A stretch of DNA of 12,685 bases from Candidatus Zixiibacteriota bacterium. Its GTDB lineage: Bacteria > Zixibacteria > MSB-5A5 > WJJR01. Location of the stretch: positions 1-12,685 of the forward strand of contig JAVHPP010000087.1 in assembly GCA_036170655.1 (NCBI GenBank), given 5' to 3'. Of this stretch, positions 6,517 to 12,685 are shown piece after piece. The notes beneath the pieces were generated by a model. That model did no database searches. It was given only the letters and a program-made list of their open reading frames with translations, and had not been told where the DNA came from. The stretch's first letter is position 1; each line of letters starts with the position of its first letter. The position numbers and the translations under genes were made by a program.

Positions 6517-6545
6517 ATTATCGGCCGGACGGGACAGTTTTCCAA
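6517..6545 (-). promoter_or_regulatory. Putative sigma70 promoter for the methyltransferase-pilD unit
   Basis: TTGGAA (6545-6540), N17, GATAAT (6522-6517); predicted +1 at about 6510. Confidence 0.45.
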
Positions 6546-6566
6546 TGCGTTTGCGGTGAATCTGAT

Positions 6567-6592
6567 GAGGGTGAGTCTCCGAACCCGCCCTC
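6567..6592 (-). terminator. Stem-loop downstream of the ABC operon (possible terminator or 3' stabiliser)
   Basis: Minus strand GAGGGCGGGT-TCGGAG-ACTCACCCTC pairs at 9/10 positions, ~40 nt past the permease stop. There is no clear U-tract. Confidence 0.4.
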
Positions 6593-6634
6593 TTGTGTCT
6601 CTGGCCCGACCACAGTTAAGGTTCCTGCGTGATC

Positions 6635-7753
6635 TTATCCCGCCGTTTTGTGGAATCGCTTCGTGGCAAATGTCAGCACACCAAGTCCAATCACCAGAAG
6701 CCAGAGATATGACGGCCAGAGAGCGGTCAGTCCCGAACCCTTGAGGAAAATTCCGCGCACGATGGTCAGATAGTGCCGGAGCGGATTGCCCAGAGTCACC
6801 CACTGGAAAAAGGCCGGCATGCTGGTCACGGGAAACATGAAGCCGGAAAGGAGCACGGTTGGCATAAACAAGAGGAAACTGGTCATGAAGGCCTCTTGCT
6901 GTGTTTTCGACACCGTGGAGATGAGAAGTCCCAGGCCAAGTCCGGACAAAAGAAAGAGCACACTGGCCACGAAAAGCGCCGCCAGACTCCCCACAAATGG
7001 AATGTGAAACCAGAGAATCGCAACCGTGGAAACGATGATCAGATCGAAAAGCCCGAACAAACCGAAAGGGATCGTCTTGCCGGCAATGAGTTCACCGGGC
7101 GTGAGCGGACTCACCATTAACTGCTCGAGTGTGCCGATCTCGCGCTCGCGGACAACTGCCAGAGAAGTCAGCAACTGACACACCAGGAGCACGATCAGCC
7201 CGATGACCCCGGGCACGTTATAGTTGCGGCTGGCCAAATCGGGATTGTACCAGGCGCGTTCCCGCAGGTCAATTCCCGTTGGCGGCGGCACCGTGATCAG
7301 CCGCGCACTATAGTTCTGCACGATACGCTCGGCATATCCACGCGCAACATTGGCGATATTGGAGTTGGTACCGTCAAGAAGAAGCTGGACTTGGGCGCCT
7401 GTCCCGTCACGTAAGGCGCTGGCGAATCCCGCTGGAATTTCAATCCCGGCCACGGCATCAGCGCGGTCAAGCGCAGCCACCAGGTCCGCCGGACGGCTGG
7501 ACCGTCCAACGACACGAAAGTACCCTGTGGATGTCAGCGCCTCGACCAGATCCCGGGAGGCCCGGCTTTGGTCATGATCGACTACGAAAGTCCCGATGCG
7601 CCGGACATCGGTGGATACCGCATAACCGAAAATGATGAGTTGAATTATCGGGGCAATCAGGATGATCCGCCACAGGCGCGGGTCACGGCGCACTTGCATG
7701 AACTCCTTGCGGACCATCTCCCAGACACGTTCGGCCTTGCGGGCCATGCTCAC
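6635..7753 (-). CDS. ABC-2 type exporter permease (YbhR-like)
   Basis: N-terminal TM, periplasmic domain (DHDQS, LDGTNSN), WYNP, VREREIGTLEQLMVSP, LSGFMFP. GTGA overlap with the upstream permease stop. Confidence 0.93.
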   Translation of the reverse strand: MSMARKAERVWEMVRKEFMQVRRDPRLWRIILIAPIIQLIIFGYAVSTDVRRIGTFVVDHDQSRASRDLVEALTSTGYFRVVGRSSRPADLVAALDRADAVAGIEIPAGFASALRDGTGAQVQLLLDGTNSNIANVARGYAERIVQNYSARLITVPPPTGIDLRERAWYNPDLASRNYNVPGVIGLIVLLVCQLLTSLAVVREREIGTLEQLMVSPLTPGELIAGKTIPFGLFGLFDLIIVSTVAILWFHIPFVGSLAALFVASVLFLLSGLGLGLLISTVSKTQQEAFMTSFLLFMPTVLLSGFMFPVTSMPAFFQWVTLGNPLRHYLTIVRGIFLKGSGLTALWPSYLWLLVIGLGVLTFATKRFHKTAG

Positions 7754-8868
7754 ATCAACTCCTTGCGGAACACGTGAACGGCCAGCAGGAAGCCGGTCGC
7801 CGCAAACAGAATCATGAGCAGTCCTTGCACGTACAGCGCGTCCACACCCACGCCTTTCAGAAAAATCCCGCGTGTCACCACGAGGAAATACCTCGCTGGA
7901 ACAGCGAATGTAATCAGCCGGAGAGGAGCAGGCATGACGTCGATGGAGAACATGAAGCCGGAAAGCAGATATGCCGGCAGGAAGGTGACGATCATGGCCA
8001 TCTGGGTCGCCAGGAGTTGCGACTTGGCGACGGCGGAGATAAACATCCCGAGACCCAAGGCCCCGCTGAGAAAGAAGAACGAAAGAATTAGCAGCAGCGC
8101 GGGGTTTCCACGGAACGGAACGTCAAACAGAAACACGCCGAGAACCGAGCTGATGGCCACATCGATTAAACCAATCACCAGATACGGGATCAGTTTGCCC
8201 AAGACAACCTCCACCCGCGAGACGGGAGTGGCCGCGAGCTGTTCCATCGTACCTCTTTCCCACTCGCGCGCGATGGTCAGCGATGTCAGCATAGCCGCGA
8301 TGATCATCATGATCACCGCCACCAGACCCGGTACGATCATGTTCCGGCTGACCAGCTCCTCGTTGTACCACATGCGGCTCTGCAGGGTCACTGGCAATTT
8401 GATCGGCACGCCCTGCAATTGAATACCAGTGGAGTACTTCAGAACAATTGCCTGCGTGTAAGCGAGAACAATCGTGGCGGTATTCGCATCACTACCGTCA
8501 ACGATCGCCTGGAGTCTTGCCGGACGGCTTGAGTTCAAGTCGGAGCCGAAATCGGGAGGGAACACAAGCCCGATCTGGACGTCACCCCGGTCGAGATGTC
8601 GGTCCAATTCCGCCGATTTCTCAAGATACACCGGCTTGGCAAAGTAGCCGGATGCCTGAAACGCATCAACGAGTCCCCGGCTTGCCACCGAGTGGTCTTG
8701 GTCCACAATGGCCAGCGCGATGTCCTTGACATCCCACGTGATCGCATACCCGAAGATGATCAGGAGGAAGACCGGCAGAAGGAATGCCAGGATCAGGCTG
8801 CGCGTGTCCCGGCGCAACTGGATGATCTCTTTTCGGGCAATTGCCCTTAGGCGGATCAGGTTCAGCAT
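7750..8868 (-). CDS. ABC-2 type exporter permease (YbhS-like)
   Basis: ARKEIIQLRRD, VDGSDANTA, AREWERGTMEQLAATP, LLSGFMF; multiple TM helices. Confidence 0.93.
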   Translation of the reverse strand: MLNLIRLRAIARKEIIQLRRDTRSLILAFLLPVFLLIIFGYAITWDVKDIALAIVDQDHSVASRGLVDAFQASGYFAKPVYLEKSAELDRHLDRGDVQIGLVFPPDFGSDLNSSRPARLQAIVDGSDANTATIVLAYTQAIVLKYSTGIQLQGVPIKLPVTLQSRMWYNEELVSRNMIVPGLVAVIMMIIAAMLTSLTIAREWERGTMEQLAATPVSRVEVVLGKLIPYLVIGLIDVAISSVLGVFLFDVPFRGNPALLLILSFFFLSGALGLGMFISAVAKSQLLATQMAMIVTFLPAYLLSGFMFSIDVMPAPLRLITFAVPARYFLVVTRGIFLKGVGVDALYVQGLLMILFAATGFLLAVHVFRKELM

Positions 8869-8883
8869 ATCAAAGCGACCAGA

Positions 8884-9831
8884 TCAATCTATGGGGCCCC
8901 CGCCTTCAATGTGCACACGTGCGACAAAGACATCCTCCAGTGACGGCACAATTTCGCGGATCCCCTGAAATGCGAGTCCGCGCGCCTGCAGCAAATCCAC
9001 GATCGACTGGCGGAGTGTCGCCGGATCACGTCCGGTCACATGGACCGCGCGGCCATACAAGCCGGCTTCGATAACCCCCGGGTGCCCCTTGAGCGCCTCC
9101 ACAACCTGCGCGCTGCGCTCTGTCTGAATCTCCAGGAGCGCCTCAGTCATGCTCGCGCGTAAACGTGCAGGTGTGTCCAGGGCGATGAGGCGCCCCCGAT
9201 TCATCAGTGACAGACGGTGGCAATACTCGGCCTCTTCCATGTAATGCGTGCTGACGAGCACGGTCGTGCCTTCGTGGGTGAGCGAATTGATCAGGTCCCA
9301 GAAGTTGCGCCGTGAGATTGGGTCCACGCCCGAAGTGGGCTCGTCGAGAAACAACAGCGGCGGCTGATGGAGAACCGCACATCCAAGAGCCAGACGCTGC
9401 TTCCAGCCAAGGGGCAGTTCGCCGGTCAGGCGGCGGCGTTGTTCGGTCAGCCCCGCCATCTCGAGCACCCAGTCGCGCCGCTCCCGGCGGACGCTTTTGG
9501 GGACGCCATAAAGTCCGGAAGAAAACGTGATATTTTCCTCGACCGTCAGATCGGCGTACAGAGAAAACAACTGAGACATGTAGCCGATGTTCTGCTTGAT
9601 CGCCTCTGTTTCCGTCATGATGTCGAATCCGGCAACGCGCCCGTGCCCGGACGTTGGCAGCAACAGCCCGGTCAGCATCTTGATGGTGGTCGTCTTGCCC
9701 GCGCCATTCGGACCCAGAAAGCCGAAGATCTCGCCTTTGTGAACATCAAAGGTGACCCGATCGACCGCCATGAAGCGCCCGAAGACCTTGGTGAGGCCAT
9801 TGACGTCAACGGCAACAGGGGCGATCATCAC
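8884..9831 (-). CDS. ABC transporter ATP-binding protein (like the YbhF C-terminal NBD)
   Basis: Walker A GPNGAGKTT, Q-loop YMSQ, variant signature LPLGWKQRL, Walker B LFLDEPTSGVDP, H-loop STHYM. Confidence 0.95.
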   Translation of the reverse strand: MMIAPVAVDVNGLTKVFGRFMAVDRVTFDVHKGEIFGFLGPNGAGKTTTIKMLTGLLLPTSGHGRVAGFDIMTETEAIKQNIGYMSQLFSLYADLTVEENITFSSGLYGVPKSVRRERRDWVLEMAGLTEQRRRLTGELPLGWKQRLALGCAVLHQPPLLFLDEPTSGVDPISRRNFWDLINSLTHEGTTVLVSTHYMEEAEYCHRLSLMNRGRLIALDTPARLRASMTEALLEIQTERSAQVVEALKGHPGVIEAGLYGRAVHVTGRDPATLRQSIVDLLQARGLAFQGIREIVPSLEDVFVARVHIEGGGPID

Positions 9832-10763
9832 TGACCCCCCCGCGTAATGTGGTCGATGAAGACATCTTCCATCGACGGCTCAATGGAAACCATCTCCAGC
9901 ACCGGCAGTCCGGCATCGCGCAATGCCATCTCCACCACCGGACCATCGGTCGCACCCGAGCCAACGGTGAAATGGATTCGGTCACCAAAGACAGCCGCCC
10001 GCCTCACAACGGGAAGTCGCAATGCCGCATCGCGCGCGTCACGCACATTCTCCACGCGTACCGACAAGATTTCACCGTCCAGATTCTTCTGAAGAGCGCT
10101 GGGCGTATCAAGCGCCAAGACGCGCCCTCCGTGCAGGAGGGCGACACGGTCGAAACGCTCGGCTTCGTCCATGTACGCGGTGCTCACCACCACGGTGACA
10201 CCCTGCAACACCATCTCATGCACAATCAGCCAAAGATCGCGCCGCGAGATCGGGTCGACGCCGAATGTCGGCTCATCCAGAAGAAGAATGCGGGGCTGAT
10301 GCACCAGAGCACACGAAAGCCCAAGCTTTTGCTTCATCCCGCCGGACAGTTGCCCAGCGAGGCGGTCCGCAAATGGACCGAGATTTGAGAAGCGAAACAG
10401 GCGCTCCAACCGTGCAGGCCATTCACTTTTCGGAACGCAGTAGAGATCGGCGTAGAATTCGAGGTTCTCCATGACGGTCAGATCGGCGTAAAGTCCAAAG
10501 CGCTGCGACATGTAGGCAATGCGGTGTTTAACCCCTTCGGGATCGCCCGCCACGCTGATGCCATCGATCATCGCATCGCCCTCGGTTGGCCGCATCACGC
10601 CTGCGAGCATGCGCAACGTCGTCGTCTTCCCCGCTCCATCGGGACCAACAAGACCGAACAGCTCACCCTGCCAGACAGAAAACGTCAGATGGTCAACGGC
10701 CACCAGATCGCGAAAGCGGCGGGTCAGGTCACGGACCTGGATGGCGACGGTATGCCCGGTCAT
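9828..10763 (-). CDS. ABC transporter ATP-binding protein (like the YbhF N-terminal NBD)
   Basis: Walker A GPDGAGKTT, LSGGMKQKL, LLLDEPTFGVDP; the H-loop position reads STAYM. Start set at ATG 10763, which forms an ATGA overlap with the HlyD stop. Confidence 0.95.
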   Translation of the reverse strand: MTGHTVAIQVRDLTRRFRDLVAVDHLTFSVWQGELFGLVGPDGAGKTTTLRMLAGVMRPTEGDAMIDGISVAGDPEGVKHRIAYMSQRFGLYADLTVMENLEFYADLYCVPKSEWPARLERLFRFSNLGPFADRLAGQLSGGMKQKLGLSCALVHQPRILLLDEPTFGVDPISRRDLWLIVHEMVLQGVTVVVSTAYMDEAERFDRVALLHGGRVLALDTPSALQKNLDGEILSVRVENVRDARDAALRLPVVRRAAVFGDRIHFTVGSGATDGPVVEMALRDAGLPVLEMVSIEPSMEDVFIDHITRGGQ

Positions 10764-11752
10764 GACGATGAACGATCTAGGACCACGTCGGCCGGCATTC
10801 CCGGCTTCAAGTCGCAAGACGGGTCGTCTGTGATGCGCACTTTCACCGCGTAAACCAGTTTCACGCGTTCTTCCGTTGTTTGCACCGTCTTGGGCGTGAA
10901 CTCCGCCTCCGAGGCGATCTGGATGACCTGACCATGGTAGGTCTTATCGGGATATGTATCTGCTGTAATCGTAGCCGTCTGCCCGATCCGCGCGGCGCCG
11001 ACACGATCTTCTGGGATGTAGATACGCACCCAGCGGTCGTCGCGGTTCATGAGGGTCAGTATGGCCGCGCCGGCGGAAACGATCTCGCCCGGCTCGCGGT
11101 GACGGACCGTAATCTGACCGTCAAGAGCCGCGCGCATCGTCATGTTGTCGAGGAGCACATCGACTGTTCGCACGGCGGCTTCGGTCTGTGCCAGGACTGC
11201 TCGTTGGGCATCGATCCGTTCCCGACGCGGTCCGCTTTCCACAAGACGCAACTGCTCCGACGCGAGGGTCAGCTGGCTCTTGGCGATGTCATACTGCAAC
11301 GATGCCTTGTCGAAGATCTCTTTGCTCACGGCACCACCTTCATGCAGCTGTTTAGTTCGCTCGAAATCACGCTGGGCATCATTCAGACGATCCTGCGCGG
11401 CGTCGCGCGTTGCCCGTGCCGACGCCAGCTCCTCGGGACGCGCCCCGTGCTCGAATTCGCTAAGTAGCGCGTTGGCCGCCGCCATCTGCGCCTCAGCTTG
11501 TTGGCGACGAGCCTGGAGTTCGGCGCGGTCCAGTCGCGCCAGTTCGTCACCGGCTTTGACCATGTCCCCTTCGTGTACCATGATCGCCTCGATGCGACCG
11601 GGGGTCTGGAAACCGAGCTGAGCCTCGGTTGCCTCTACTGTACCGGAGACTACGAGAGTCTGGCCGGAATTCCGGTGACGCACCAGCAGCAGGGCAACTG
11701 CTCCAACGGCAACAATCAGGACAACAATTGCGAGACGTTTCTTAATCTTCAT
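10760..11752 (-). CDS. HlyD-family periplasmic adaptor (YbhG-like)
   Basis: N-terminal membrane anchor, SGTVEA, lipoyl-like half motifs (GRIEAIMVHEGDMVKAG; DGQITVRHREPGE), long coiled coil, AEFTPKTVQT...LVYAVKV, LKPGMPA. Confidence 0.95.
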   Translation of the reverse strand: MKIKKRLAIVVLIVAVGAVALLLVRHRNSGQTLVVSGTVEATEAQLGFQTPGRIEAIMVHEGDMVKAGDELARLDRAELQARRQQAEAQMAAANALLSEFEHGARPEELASARATRDAAQDRLNDAQRDFERTKQLHEGGAVSKEIFDKASLQYDIAKSQLTLASEQLRLVESGPRRERIDAQRAVLAQTEAAVRTVDVLLDNMTMRAALDGQITVRHREPGEIVSAGAAILTLMNRDDRWVRIYIPEDRVGAARIGQTATITADTYPDKTYHGQVIQIASEAEFTPKTVQTTEERVKLVYAVKVRITDDPSCDLKPGMPADVVLDRSSS

Positions 11753-12685
11753 GGCTTGTTCTCCAGTTTCAGTCCAATCCAGCCGAGATTCAGTTGACCG
11801 GTCATGCGCGCGAGTTCGACCGAAGATGCGATCTCGGCATGGTGGGCTTCCACAAGACTGGCGCGAACGGACAAAAGATCGGCCTCTGCACGCAGGTAGT
11901 CGGTCTGCGTGCCCGATCCCGCCTCCAATGACAATTTTTCAATGCGGACAACTTCGGCGAAGCGACTGGCAGCGGCGGCGAGACTTCTGATACGCGCACG
12001 CGACTCGGCCACACCCGACAGCGCCCGGTCCACCTCTTCGCCTGTCTGTAGTTCGACCGATCGCAACTGGGCCTCCGCCCCGCGCACAACGGCGTCGGCG
12101 CGGGCGACGCCGCTGCGCACGAGGCCCCCTGTGAAGATTGGATAGGACAGCACGAGGCCGGCGTTCCATTCGGCGGTAAAATCACCGTTGTCACGGCCAC
12201 GGTCAACATAAGCTCCAGTCGCACGGACCGACGGCCAGCGCGGGCCTTGAGCCATTGTCCTTCCCGCCCGTGCCGACGCCAGTTGCCGGCGCGCCTGTTC
12301 CATCGTGGCATTCGCGGTCAAGGCCTGTGCCAGAACACTATCTCGCGGTACGGACAGCGTGTCAGAAAGAACAACCATCGGCAGAGATGACCCATGAATC
12401 ACCTCCGGGTTCATGCCGGCAAGACGCGACAAATCACGCTCCGCTGTCTCCAGCACCGCCGCAAGGTGGACGCGATCCGCCTGCGCGGCAGCGAGCACCG
12501 CATCGACGCGGAGAACTTCGACATCGGCGGCACGGCCGACGCTCTGCAACTGACGAACGCGGCCAAGTTCCGAGTCGAGCGCGTCGAGACGGCGGTCGTG
12601 CGCCGCCAGAATCTCGCGCTTGGCGATGACCGCGAGGTACCCCGCCACAACCCGCGAAATCAACGCCTGCCGACTGATGTCGAGA
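11749..12685 (-). CDS. TolC-family outer membrane efflux protein, 5' end outside the window
   Basis: OEP-like helical repeats and the beta segment (PSVRATG...GLVLSYPIFTGG). The frame stays open to the window edge. Its stop overlaps the HlyD ATG. Confidence 0.9.
   Translation of the reverse strand, partial: LDISRQALISRVVAGYLAVIAKREILAAHDRRLDALDSELGRVRQLQSVGRAADVEVLRVDAVLAAAQADRVHLAAVLETAERDLSRLAGMNPEVIHGSSLPMVVLSDTLSVPRDSVLAQALTANATMEQARRQLASARAGRTMAQGPRWPSVRATGAYVDRGRDNGDFTAEWNAGLVLSYPIFTGGLVRSGVARADAVVRGAEAQLRSVELQTGEEVDRALSGVAESRARIRSLAAAASRFAEVVRIEKLSLEAGSGTQTDYLRAEADLLSVRASLVEAHHAEIASSVELARMTGQLNLGWIGLKLENKP

Noticed and set aside
6562..6592. CTGATGA resembling a hammerhead ribozyme core
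   Set aside because: It is followed by GAAC rather than GAAA, with no convincing stems I-III. A simple hairpin explains the sequence.
1..12685. CRISPR array, integrase/transposase, phage or defence genes
   Set aside because: No regularly spaced repeats and no ORFs with such motifs were seen.

Overview
Bacterial, GC-rich window with no rRNA, tRNA, CRISPR array or transposase recognised. From left to right: (1) a possible ribbon-helix-helix gene start or remnant at the left edge, with a promoter and operator; (2) a (CGGTCTG)4 repeat; (3) a minus-strand pair encoding a STAS anti-sigma-factor antagonist and a classical SDR oxidoreductase, preceded by overlapping near-consensus sigma70 and sigma54 promoters; (4) a ~180-bp MITE/REPIN-like element; (5) a divergent orphan NtrC-family sigma54 activator with a variant GAFTSS loop; (6) a ~470-nt hairpin-rich intergenic region leading into a 59-aa CxxC...CxxC zinc-ribbon gene; (7) a minus-strand two-domain SAM methyltransferase coupled to a PilD-like prepilin peptidase; (8) a YbhG/YbhF/YbhS/YbhR-like ABC export operon with a 5'-truncated TolC-family gene. 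The best leads are non-coding: the structured leader of the zinc-ribbon gene, the nested sigma70/sigma54 promoter opposite the variant activator, and the REP-containing MITE-like insert. All calls come from reading motifs by eye; no searches were run.
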